Shown here piece after piece: positions 12,915-24,310 of a stretch of 64,000 bases of DNA. Position 1 is the first letter of the stretch. Every line of letters starts with the position of its first letter. The translations under genes and the position numbers were made by a program. The DNA comes from Selaginella moellendorffii (taxonomy: Eukaryota > Plantae > Lycopodiophyta), in NCBI RefSeq assembly GCF_000143415.4, contig NW_003314268.1, positions 1,472,672-1,536,671 on the forward strand. Direction: 5' to 3'. The notes beneath the pieces were generated by a model, which was given only the letters and a program-made list of their open reading frames with translations, searched no databases and had not been told where the DNA came from.

Positions 12915-15260
12915 TTACGCTGTAGTTTCTCTTAATCTCGCGGCACACCTCATTTCGAGTTCCTTCATCATCTCCCATCTCTCCCTCGTCAAGCTTCGTT
13001 CGCCATAGCTCAAGGATAACAGGCGAGCCATTGTTAACCATCTACGCACAAAGAGAAACAAGGATTTTGTTACTCCCGACTCGGAGTAAGGAGAGCTATA
13101 CCTGTGAAACGTTTCAGATCCTACAGTTCTATCCTTCTGGCGTGCGGCCACAAGATCTTCCTCCACAATCTGGCAGCCAACAGTTAGAACTCGGGAAGGA
13201 GAAAGACACTAGAGAAAAGAATACCTTCTGCATTGAAGGCTCGATAACGTGGTCGGCCTCCCGAGCACTGCTCAAATAAATACGCCATTTCGACAAGTCC
13301 GATTCTTCTGCATGGATACGTGCCGCTCCCGCGCTGCACCTTAAAGGTACGAGCGCATCAGCTGGTAAAATCCTCGATTTGCCGCAAGAAACCACCAACA
13401 CGGGCAAATCTGTCGGCATTTCCATCTGATAATACTGGAAATCGTAGTCGACCTTTTGAAACAAACGAAAACATCAGCATACCACGTAAGAGATGAGCAA
13501 GACAAGACGTACTTTCTGAGACTCCATGACGCTCTTCAAGCTCTGCAAATTCTTGACACCGGTTTCGTTCAGCCTTCCTGCGTTCAAGGCAGTCTCGTCT
13601 AACGTAAGATGCGTGCCGCTTGCTAGTTGTAAACCACCAGTAACCAATCTACACATGAAACTATAGCAAGTGAGACCGGAAATGAAAAGAGAAAACGAAA
13701 GAAGCGTACCGATTGGTGGCATAATCTTTTCGTGGAGCGATCAGACAGGAGTTCAAGTCCTCGAGTGACAGCGACACCACTTGTGAACAGGGAAGAAGTA
13801 CTGATATCGCGTGCCCGACTGCAGAGGCAACGAGTGATACGGAACCATCGGCACCAGCTTGACACCCGCTAAAGTTGAGGGAAAACTTCCCAACAGCCAA
13901 GGGCTCTACACGGCTATAAACCTGAGCGTCACAGTCAGAATAACACCGAGAAAAAAACGACGAGAATTGTGCATACCTTTGACAGAAGATGCAAGAGTAA
14001 ATATTCCGCGGCGAGCCTGTCCTCACCGAGAACAGATTGTAATTTACAAACAAGAGATTCCCTCACGGAGCATATATCCGCCAAAGCACCCGGCTGACTA
14101 GGAATACTGTAAGCTGAAAGTTTTCTCATGGTAATACAGTGAAGTCGAGGAACCTTGAGATATCAAAGTCAGAGAGATAATGGAAATGAGCTTCTTACCG
14201 TGCTGGACGGTAACTGCAAGGAGGTGTCATCTTCCATCAAGGATTCAGCCAGAGCTGATGAATCAGAAGCCGAGCTAGAAACCAGTTCCGATTCTTTCCA
14301 TACGATACCAACAAACTCTGCGATGTCATTCAACTTCAAGTCCCCATCATTTCCATCGTAAATCTGGCAGAAAAAAGGCAGTGGTTAAGCCTCAGAAACA
14401 AAAAACGGAATTCTCGACCTTGACGAGGCACGAGTTCTGCTCTTTCGTTGGAGAGTCACAGTCCATGCTCTGCAAAACGAAAAATATGATAAGAAGATCC
14501 ATTTAAGCACATAAAAAGCTTTCACCTCCACAGTCGCTGGAACATCCTCCCGTTTGCGCTTCAAGCTCTGGCTAGTTGCATCCGGTTGTACAGCATTTGA
14601 ATGCCATGTAACTTTCATCCATTGATTTTCACCAGGAATCTACAAACACTCGAAGAAACGTTGAAAGCCCTGAGAAAGAAGTGAAAACTTACTGGAACGC
14701 AATAAAACAGCCGTCGATCCCAGATTTGCTGCTCGGTATCTTGCGGAACTGGGGTGTCGGTGTACTTGTTTGTTTGCCAAGTATTGCAATCCTGTAACAT
14801 AAATAACGATAGAGGACCTTGAAAAACAAAAAACTCAAGAGAAAGAGCAATACCTTGTAAGCGCCAACATAGTATTCCACATCGAACATATCTTGGATCT
14901 GTAAGAAACATAGATAAAAACTTGTTTGCAAACAAAAAATTTCGGAAAAAATGTACCATTCCCCGGAAGCGAACCAGCGAGCCAGAAGGAATAGAATCAC
15001 GCGCCAAATCGCCAATGTGAGGAACCTAGAAGCGGCATTCAATTCCAGCCCGGCTAAGAAGTAAAAAGAAGAAAGCAAACCTGAGCAATGGCGCCTTCTT
15101 CGTACAAGAACTTGTCGAAGACTCCCTTGACGCCCCAGTCGCCCCCCGAGAGCTCCAAAGTTGCGGCTGGAGCAGGAGAAGCGGCCATGGCTGCAATGGA
15201 GAAGAGGCCTCGCACGGCGCCCAGTGGATTCCGCAGCAAATCCACCGCCGGCGCGACCAT
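12915..15260 (-). CDS. ETG1: Mini-chromosome maintenance complex-binding protein (MCM-BP/ETG1), multi-exon
   Basis: Exon peptides LVRFRGMIQDMFDVEYYVGAYK, RRLFYCVPVPGENQW, LGEDRLAAEYLLLHLLS, PRKDYATNRL..G.LQLA.GTHL.LDET, YDFQYY, ERSLTRERW. First intron 15080-15026 is GT-AG, 55 nt. Confidence 0.92.
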
Positions 15261-15275
15261 CGCTTAGGTTAAGAA

Positions 15276-15283
15276 ATTCCCGC
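15276..15283 (+). promoter_or_regulatory. E2F-binding site just upstream of the ETG1 ATG
   Basis: ATTCCCGC matches the plant E2F consensus WTTSSCSS. ETG1 is a known E2F target. Confidence 0.55.
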
Positions 15284-15363
15284 CATAATGAATATAAGTA
15301 GAATATACCAAAAGACCACGTCAATGTATATTCTAAAGACATTCTAGGTTACCGAAATATTTT

Positions 15364-16901
15364 CTATTCAATCAACTGGAGAGTGGTGTACGCACTTTCG
15401 TGGAGCCTAGGAGTGATCCTGGCTTTGAGAGTGTGTGCCATGAAGTTTACGATACCCATAGCTTCACCCATGGGCTGATCTTTCGGACTGCCAGGAAACT
15501 CCCACTCGAATCCATGAAGAAGATTGGAAAGAACAAGCTGGACGTTCTTAAGACCCAGAGAAAGCCCTGGGCAAGACCGCTTTCCAGATCCGAATGGAAG
15601 CAGCTCAAAGTCTTGGCCGTTGACACCGATGTTGCTGCCAATGAATCTCTGAGGTTGGAACTCCAGAGGATCACTCCAGACTTGAGGGTCTCTTCCAATT
15701 GCGTAGACGTTCACAAGCAGCGTTGCGTTCTTGGGGATGTCATAGCCAGCAACTTTCTGGGCCTCAATGGATGCGTGTGGTACGAGCAAAGCAACAGGAG
15801 GGTGGAGACGAAACGTTTCTTTGATGATGGCATTCAAAACCTCGAGCTTGGATATGTCTCCCTCTTCGACCATGCGTGTGTGTCCAACAACGGACTCGAT
15901 CTCTTTCTGGGCTTTGACCATCCAATCTGGATGATGAAGAAGTTCCGCTAGAGCCCATTCGGTCACTGTGGATGATGTTTCAGATCCACCAAGCAATAGA
16001 TCCTATCAAGATCACAAAAGAATCAAGCAAGTTCCACGGAGAAAACCAAACTTACCATGAGCAGAGATCTGAGATTGACCATATCGTTTCCAATGTGATT
16101 CCTTGTGATCTCCACGAAATCGGGAACCTCGCCCGGGCGTTGCTCGTCCAAAACCTTTTGCAAGAAGCCATTCATCTTATCCCCGGCCATCTTTGCACGG
16201 CGGGCGACCAAGTCGAGCCAGCTCAAGTAGGGGAAATAGTCAGTGATCGAGAATGCTGCTGCCACCTCGAGGTTCTCATCAATCATCGCTATGAAATTCG
16301 AGGCCTCCTTCGCAATGGCGGGATCGCCCGAGGCCTTGGATCCAAAATAAATCTTCTTCATCAGGATGCGAGTCATAACGTTGAAGCTGAGCGCCCTCAA
16401 ATGTGATCTCACTCCCACAACTTGGCCAGCCTTGGAAGCTCTCAAGAACTCGCGACTGAGCTCCCACAGCTCGTCCCGGATGATGTGCGTGTTCATGCTC
16501 ACCCTCTTAGCCGTGAAGAGCTCCGTGGCGCAGAGCTTCCTCAGCTTCTTCCAGTAGTCTCCATACGGCGAGAAAGATATGCTCTTGCAATTCACGACAA
16601 TGGAGGCCACATTGTTTCGAGGCCTATACGCGAATTCCGTGTCGTTGTTCTTGAGAAACTCCTTGGCCATTGCTGGACTGGCGACCACGAACACAGGGAC
16701 GGATCCCAGGCGTAAGTGGAAGAGCGGGCCAAATTTCTTGGAGAGCTGCTGGAGTGAGATGTGTGGGAGCCTGCCCAGGAGATGGAAGTGGCCGATGAGT
16801 GGCAATCCTCTTGGGCCTGGTGGAAGATTGAAAGATTTGCTGGAGAGCCATTGCTTGAGAATGAAAGCTGTGATGAGGAAGAGCGCGACTGCCCAAAGCA
16901 T
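15364..16901 (-). CDS. Cytochrome P450, CYP71 clan (A-type); exons 16901-16056 and 16002-15364
   Basis: Membrane anchor, LPPGPRGLPLIG, WKKLRK, I-helix GGSETS, ETFR, PQRF, heme motif PFGSGKRSCPG. Single 53-nt GT-AG intron at the conserved A-type position. Confidence 0.95.
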
Positions 16902-18399
16902 TGCTACTTTCTGCCCCTCAATTGTTGAAGCCCTCCTTTTGTATACCACTGGCTTACCCTCCTTTCCAATGTTGAATAGCGAGTAGCACGAGCAGCATCG
17001 ATCAAAATGCACGTGATCGATCTTTGAAACTCTTTAACTCTTTAAACCATTTTCAAGGCAGCCTTGAGACTTGATTGGCGCTCTAGTCACATCCAGTATG
17101 TACTCACACATTGCCCACGCCAGACCTGCCAGTGATGATTTGAAACCAGAATCTGTATTATAAAGAAACAATTAGAACACATAGACATCGAAGAGGCCTA
17201 AGCACAAATACCAGGCGAGAATCATTTGGGACGAAGTTCACGTCATCTTGCTACGCAAGGATGCTTGCTTCCTTCCAAGATAATATCGCCCTCATTTTAG
17301 TAAAATGAATGAAACTTCTTAGTATAGTTTTTTAGCAAGCTTGCAGTACCTGTCCAGTGATAATAGGCCTTATTTAAGGCATAGGACTGCTTACAGCCAG
17401 ATCCACAAAGCTTAACAAGACATCTAGTTCCGCTAGCAGGTTTGCCACACCATTGCGGTAAGTCAAAACGTATAAAATCACCAACATAGAAGAATCGACG
17501 AGCATACCTGTGAAACCTGAGCCTCTTAACAAGATCCCTTTGAGTGTTAGTGTAATTTTCTGTCAGGTTCCCATATCTTTTGCTAAGCCTTCGAAGCCTG
17601 GAAGTCGTGGGCTTTATAGTCCATCATTTGGCATCACATGACAGCAGCTTAAAAATCATCAAAGCTGACTGTGATGCCTTGGAGGAAGAGATCCGTGCAT
17701 AAACAAGCCGTGAACGATTTGGATCTTCCTGCTGATAAGTCTCTGAAGCTGGACAAAATGACACAGTATTCAGGATCATGAGAATTGTCTATTTTAAGTA
17801 TTTTAATAGAATTGTTTTACCAGTTAAGATAATACATAGTATTTATTTTGTCTCTTTATATAGATAAGATTAGAACCATCCATAAGTAATTAATCCTAAT
17901 AGTTAATTACTAGGATAAATAATGTGGTAACTTCATCCTCATGTGTGCGTCTCTACTGCTTTCAGAGCATGCATCGACTAGGTTGGGGTTCCTGAGCTCG
18001 AGCACGGGGTCAGGTGCCTAAGTTCTGGGTCTTGGGGTGTCTGAGCTCGATTAAAATTTGACAAAGAAATCTAGCAAAAACTTCATCATGCAATTCTAAA
18101 TTGATTTATCAGATTCATATTTTCTGAACACCTTGTTTACTATAAGTGCTATGATCATTGGTACACAGGTAAGTGTTTCTCTCTCCATCATCAAAGATGC
18201 TCTTGAAAGTTATGAAGGCGCATCTGCCATTGAGGAACAGTGTATAGTTCTGTGGATGTTTGCAGAACATCTTGGAAGATACAACACACTAATTGAAAGT
18301 AAATATAATTATACTGATTAGTTTTTATAAATATAAAATTATATACTTGTTTAAGTTCTTTTTCCCTCTTTTCTTGAGCATATCTTTTTGGTTTGGGGG

Positions 18400-18800
18400 A
18401 CTAGGATGGTAGTGGATATACCTAGAATATGCCTGGATATTCTAGGATATTCTACTATCTAACAGTTGTTATTCATTTAAATTAATCTTGTATTTATAAT
18501 TTATAAACTTTCCTAAACACTTCTTAGTATATTCTTTTTTATTCTACCATCTATATGGAATAAGATTAATTCTGATTTATAAATTATAAACATGTTTATA
18601 ATTATTGATCAATTGGATTATTCAACAACACTACTATTAAGCAAACCAAATGTTGTTTCATACAACGTGTAGCAAATTATTTAAAACTAATAAAACTGAT
18701 AAATTCTTTTAAAATAATATTTACATTAAATGCTTATAAAAATTTATCATAATTTTATTTGTAATCAAGCTTATCAGTAATATAAACTATATTTAGATTT
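18400..18800. repeat. AT-rich dispersed repeat, direct copy at ~57650-57990
   Basis: Shared ggatattctaggatatt.tac.atctaacagtt.ttattcattta.attaatcttgtatttata...aacactactattaa. Confidence 0.7.
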
Positions 18801-19639
18801 AAAAGGCAAAATGTTTTTTAGACTCAGCAATCTTAGTTATAGCTATACTGCATAACCGTAGTCTTAACCATTATAAGCTAGAAAAAGAAAAAAGAAAAAA
18901 TAGATAAGAAGCTGCCATGCTCTAGGGGACAATTAGCAAAGTCATAGATCCTTGCATTATTTTCTCGCAATCCTCTATAAGCATTTCTTAGGTGTCCACT
19001 AGTAAGAAAAAGTTGTGAGGCTAAAGATTTATATACTATACTAGAATTGTTAACAATCCTTTGCCTAAGCCCTAACTTATCAATAGCAGTTGGAGCTCGA
19101 GCTTGGCTTATGCTTGATCTATCAAGTTTAAATATTGCATCCAATGCCTCTATGTAGTGCACATGAATTTAGAATTAGTTTGTTGCACTTTAAAACAAGG
19201 TCTAATATGCCCATACAAGCATCAGCTCCTTATATTCAACCCCCAACACACACAATAGTGTCAAACAAAGTTTAGCACAGTTTTAGTATATTAGTAGTTA
19301 ATATCTTTTTAGGGTTAGTTATACTTTTAACCACTATCCCTATTATACATTATACTTCCTAAAAATTAGAATATTGTCAATATATAGAATAATAAATAAA
19401 TATTTCACCATCATTATACTGAATAATTACACATAATTCATATAATCCATAATAAGTCCTAAATAATCTTGATTTGCCACATGTACTTGGATTGTAAATC
19501 AAGTTATGTAAAATACTTAGCCTTTGAGAGTTGGTCAAATATGTTATCAATGTGAGGCAATTGAAAAAAAAATTTATTGTAATTTTGTAGAGAGCATGAT
19601 AATAAATTATAGTATTATACATTTTCATAACAAAAAGGA

Positions 19640-20400
19640 CTAACACTCTATAATATGACTTGCTTAGTTAAATATGACTTTGTCAAGAAGTTTTATGAGT
19701 TGCTTCTTAACCATCTCCTTGGTATTCAAATGATATGAAGCTTTTATTGGTGGCTTAGAATTTAAAACAATCTCAATTTGATGATCAACCTCACAATTAG
19801 TTGGTAACATTGATGGTAAATGTGTTTGGAAAATGTCTTGATTCCTTGCCAACAACTCCATAATTTCCCTTCCATCACCTATTTTAACTTAAATAACATC
19901 ACCCTCAACCTCCATCACTTAAACCCAAAATATTTTACATCCCTTCTTAATTGCTATTGTAGTTAAGAACATAACATCCCAATCCCTTGAAAAATACTTT
20001 TACAATTGAAAAGATACATCAAGTTGGCTTTCTTACCACAATGTAATATGACTCTATCTAGCACTATATATCCTTTTGATATACTTATTGAAAAAATCTA
20101 TACCAAACACCATCTAAAAGTTTGGTATCTTTAATACTACCAAGTGGATATATCTTTATTTATATATCACTTATAAATTTCTTAACTATTTGCCCATACT
20201 TTTCCAAATCAAAAGTGTATAGATAACATTTGCTTAGTTTTCAATTCTAACAACTTAACTAAGTATTTGGATATCATGCTATATTGTAGCTTTTATGTCG
20301 ATCATCACTTCTATAAACAAAGTCTATAAATTACATTGATGGATCAATGCTTGCATAAGTCTTGAACACCTTTTCTTCTTTATTAACCCCTTTAACTTGA
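19640..20400 (-). mobile_element. Highly degraded Ty3/gypsy protease-RT relic
   Basis: DIFQTHLPSMLP...VDHQIEIVLNSKPPIKASYHLN is typical of the gypsy pre-RT region. AT-enriched. Confidence 0.6.
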
Positions 20401-20419
20401 CCACCATTATCTTCCCTCA

Positions 20420-20733
20420 GCCTCAATCTCAACCTCGCGTCAATTTGGAAGCACCACTAAAAAGTTCTTTCAAGACTGATTCCTAGACCTCACTATCCCT
20501 ACTATACTTTTGGAACCCCTTGCAACCCCCTCCCCTTTAGGAGACACATGCTTTGGGATTTCACCCCACAACCTATATTAGTATTCAAACTCACTTTCAG
20601 ACTCGATTTCGGACCAACTTTGGACTCTGTCTTGGACTTGATCTCGAACTTGGTCTCGGACCCAATATCGGATCTCGGACTTGGCCTCAAATTCGGTCTC
20701 GGACTCAGTTTCGGAGTTGGTCTCAAACTCCAT
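20420..20733 (-). mobile_element. Left part of an older family-A LTR, split by element A (continues at 53384-53531)
   Basis: Homologous to the LTR A interior. Resumes at 53384 and ends ggttccttaca at 53531. Confidence 0.7.
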
Positions 20734-21890
20734 TGTAAGCCACAAATTTTTCCTTCCCAATTTGCTAGCTTACCTCATCTATCTAACCAACACTGCCTTG
20801 GCTTTTGCTAAGTTCCCTCGCCAAGGTTCCCGCTTATTGTACCAACTCCTACTTGGTTCTACTTGGTTTCAGCTACTCACTGCACGAGCAACGAAGTGTT
20901 AGCCATCCATCCATGGATTCCCAAATCTCTCCTAATCCCCCTCCCCGGGTTAGACTGGACTTAAGGTTCGGCTACACTCCCCACAGGCATAAGCAGCCAA
21001 GCACACCAAGCCTCCAGGTTCTTAACATCCCTTGGTACAGCAACACTTGATCATGGGACCCTCTAAATCCCAAGCCTTAGGTGCAACACTTGCTTCGGGA
21101 TGCCGGGGCGAAACACCGTGGCCTAACGGCCCGGTATAGGTACCTCTACCCCCCCACTTCTATCCCGAAGGGAAGGCCCAATCCCCTAGGAAGGGCGAGG
21201 ACCAATGAGCCACAAGGTACTCAAGTGGGGCACCACTCCACATGAGCCGGGAGCACTGCAATTGGTTTCCTTTTCGGGAGTGGGAGCTGCTCTTGAGCAC
21301 TTTCTTGGGTGGCCCCTCCAGCACCACCCGAGTCTATGCTCACTCCCACCCAAGGCCCCTTGGCCCCAGTCTCAACCTCAAGTCAGTTTAGAAGCACCAC
21401 TGGAGAGTTCCTTTAAGATTAGTTCCTGGACCTGACTATCCCTACTATACTTTTGGAACCCCCTGCACCCCCCCCCCCTGGGAGACACATGCTTTGGACT
21501 TTCACCCCTTGACCGGTATTAGTACTCAGACTCAGTCTCGGACTTGATGTCGGACTTGATCTTGGACCCGACTTTGGACTCAGTCTCGGACTCGATCTCA
21601 GACTCGATCTTGGACCTGATCTCGGACTCGACTTCGGACTCGACCTCGGACTCGGTTTCGGACCCGATTCGGATCTCAGACTCTGTCTCGAAGTCGGTCT
21701 CAAACTCGGTCTCAAACTTGGTCTCCGGTTCGGCCTCGGACTCGATCCCGGACTCTATTTCGAACTCGGTCTTAGAGTCGGTCTTGGACTTGATCTTCAA
21801 CTTGGTCCCATCCGATGAACTCTTTGTCATTTCGGTCGTGCTTTCAGGGACCCTTTAGCCTACGACACCTCGGGGAGTTGGTTCCTTACA
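20734..21890 (-). repeat. 3' LTR of element A (contains TCGGAC-type hexamer array)
   Basis: TG...CA ends; homologous to 47169-48300 and 52263-53383. Confidence 0.9.
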
Positions 21891-22593
21891 ATTCCACCAC
21901 CCATAGAAGAAGTTTGATGCCCACATCGAATGTCTCTTTTTTATCTTACGACTTGTTGATTATGTCTCCGGGGGCATCCCCCCACTTAGTGGTGTGCTTA
22001 AGTTAGCCTCCCCAGCCAAGAGCCCATGACAATGGAATATAGGTGTCCCTATACCCCTCACCCCACCACGCCTTAGTATGGGGTTGGGACTTGAACCCAG
22101 CCTTGCTTTACTAGGGGGTTGGGACTCGAACCCAACCTTTGTAAAATACGTCTACGGATTTGACATCCCCGTGGGGAGTCTGGCATAGTTCTCTACGCAT
22201 GGTCGACCTAGTTAACCCATGTTAATTAGCTTACCTTCGGCGTGTCTTTAAGTCCCAACATATGCCATTGCTCAACTTCACAAATTGATACTTTAATTGA
22301 ATTTTGCTTAAGTACATAGAGTTCTGCCTTGCAGAAATTCCTCCACTAAATCTCGCGCATTCGCTAGGTTCTCCTTCGGTTCCCATGTTACTTCATAGTG
22401 TGGAAATCCTTTCCACTTCACATGGAACTCTCTCACCTTGCGTCCTTGTTGCTTGCTCTTGCGCGCATTGAGGATGGCCTCGACTTCGTATTCCTCTTCC
22501 CCTTGGATAACCTCAGGTAAAGGTTTTACTTGGTCCTTGCGAAGCGGATCCTCAAAGTATGGCTTGAGTAAGTTCACGTGGAACACTAGGTGC

Positions 22594-23300
22594 TATAGCA
22601 CATATGATCATGGGATGAGATTTGGATATACTGTCACCGTGAATCCTTGGAACCTTGGGGGATATAGAGATAAAATAGCCACCAAGGGCTCTCTCATCAA
22701 GCAATTGCCCCTTTTCCAATTGGCTTATGGGGAGAGAGATAAGGTGTATTATAGTTGGTATCAGAGCAAATGGCACGGGTTCAATTCCTATTGATTAGTG
22801 GCTACTTAAAAATATAATATACCCTTGAGCAAGGTATATTCCTACCCCTAAATTTGAAATCGTACGTAGTGGGCATCCATGCGTATGTCCTTCCTCTTGT
22901 GTGGAGTATCCACGGGCGAAGGTATCCATCATAGGACTGCAGTATGAGTGGATGACTAGTTGCCTCACATGGAATAGTTGGTCTACACAATGGAAGGATT
23001 GATAGATTCAGTGCGAAAATGGAGGTGCTGGTTCAGTAGGGGTTGTTAGTCAATAGTCAATGAGGACATTGACATCTCTGAAGAGGGGGTGAATGTAGTG
23101 TATGTGATCATGGGATGAGATTTGGATATATTGTCACTGTGGATCCTTGGAACCTTGAGGGATAAATGGGGATAAAATAGCCACTAAGGGCTCTCTCATC
23201 AAGCAATTGCCCCTTTTCCAGTTGGCTTAAGGGGAAAGAGACATCAAGCAATTGCCCCTTTTCCAGTTGGCTTAAGGGGAGAGAGATAAGGTGCGCTACA
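22594..23300 (+). mobile_element. TRIM (miniature non-coding LTR retroelement)
   Basis: Short LTRs at 22594-22753 and 23094-23300, PBS TGGTATCAGAGC at 22756, PPT GAAGAGGGGGTGAA, perfect TSD GGTGC. Removing it restores integrase ...GKMHLVFHVNLLKPY. Confidence 0.9.
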
Positions 23301-24310
23301 GGTGCATCTTCCCCATCTCTCGAGGAAGTCGGAGACGGTAAGCCACTTTACCGATTCGTGCCTCAATTTTGTAAGGCCCCACGAACCTATTTAAGGAATC
23401 CAAGATCAATTCATTTACAGGAATACATGCATTTTTACCTTTGGGTCAACTTTTGGCTAATCCCACTTGGTAGCCTGAGGTTCTTGGTGTTCAGCCACAC
23501 CTTCTCCCTAGCTTGGAACTCTACATCCCGGCGTTTCTGGTTCGCGTACTTGGTTTGTATTTGTTGAGCCCGTTCCAAGGAATCCCTCACTAGATTCCAA
23601 ATGTTGAGCCTTTTCGCCGTGAATGCCTCCACTGCAGGTAACTCTCCATGATACTCGGCCACGCCAAGTTCCATAGGACCTTCAATATCTCATCCATTGA
23701 TGACTTCCCATGGACTCACCCCAATACTCGAATGTGGTGAGTTGTTATAACACATTTTCACAAGTCCCAAATGACTTACCCAATCAGTCTGGTCTCCCGA
23801 GACATAACATCGCAAATAATCCTCCAGCTGCCTATTCACCCTTTCCATTTGTCCCTTTGTCAAGAAGTGTTAGTGCCCTCAAACTTGACTTAATACACAA
23901 TACTTGTCTGTGGGTGATAGGCTATGCTGAATTTCAACTTATTGTTTTAGGAGAGTTCTCCAGAACTTACTAGCGAAAATCTTATCTCGATCTAAGATAA
24001 TCTCTTCTGGCCTTCCCCGCACTTGAACCACTTGTTCAAAGAACAGCTTCACAACACCTTCTGTATCCACTTCCGTTGTGGTGGGTATGAAATGTGCCAT
24101 CTTCGAAAATCGGTCTACCACCACGAATATCGCATCGAACCCTTCGTTTGGGGTAAGACATTTCCATAGACGATATGAAATTGGGATGCTTTGTAACAAG
24201 CCCCCACTCGCTTTAGTCACGGCTTTGACCTGCTAACATGTTGGACATATCTTTACATAGTCTTGGACATCCTTAGCCATATCTGGCCAGTGATACTTCC
24301 TCTTGAGTAA

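Noticed and set aside
11816-16901. GDSL plus P450 as a biosynthetic gene cluster
   Set aside because: Two common enzyme families separated by a replication gene, with no scaffold-forming enzyme in the window.
16902-17012. N-terminal extension of the P450 ORF (329-aa call)
   Set aside because: It starts at a non-ATG codon. The ATG at 16901 directly precedes the membrane anchor.
22086-22133. tRNA gene
   Set aside because: Only B-box/T-arm-like motifs are present, with no cloverleaf or clear A box.
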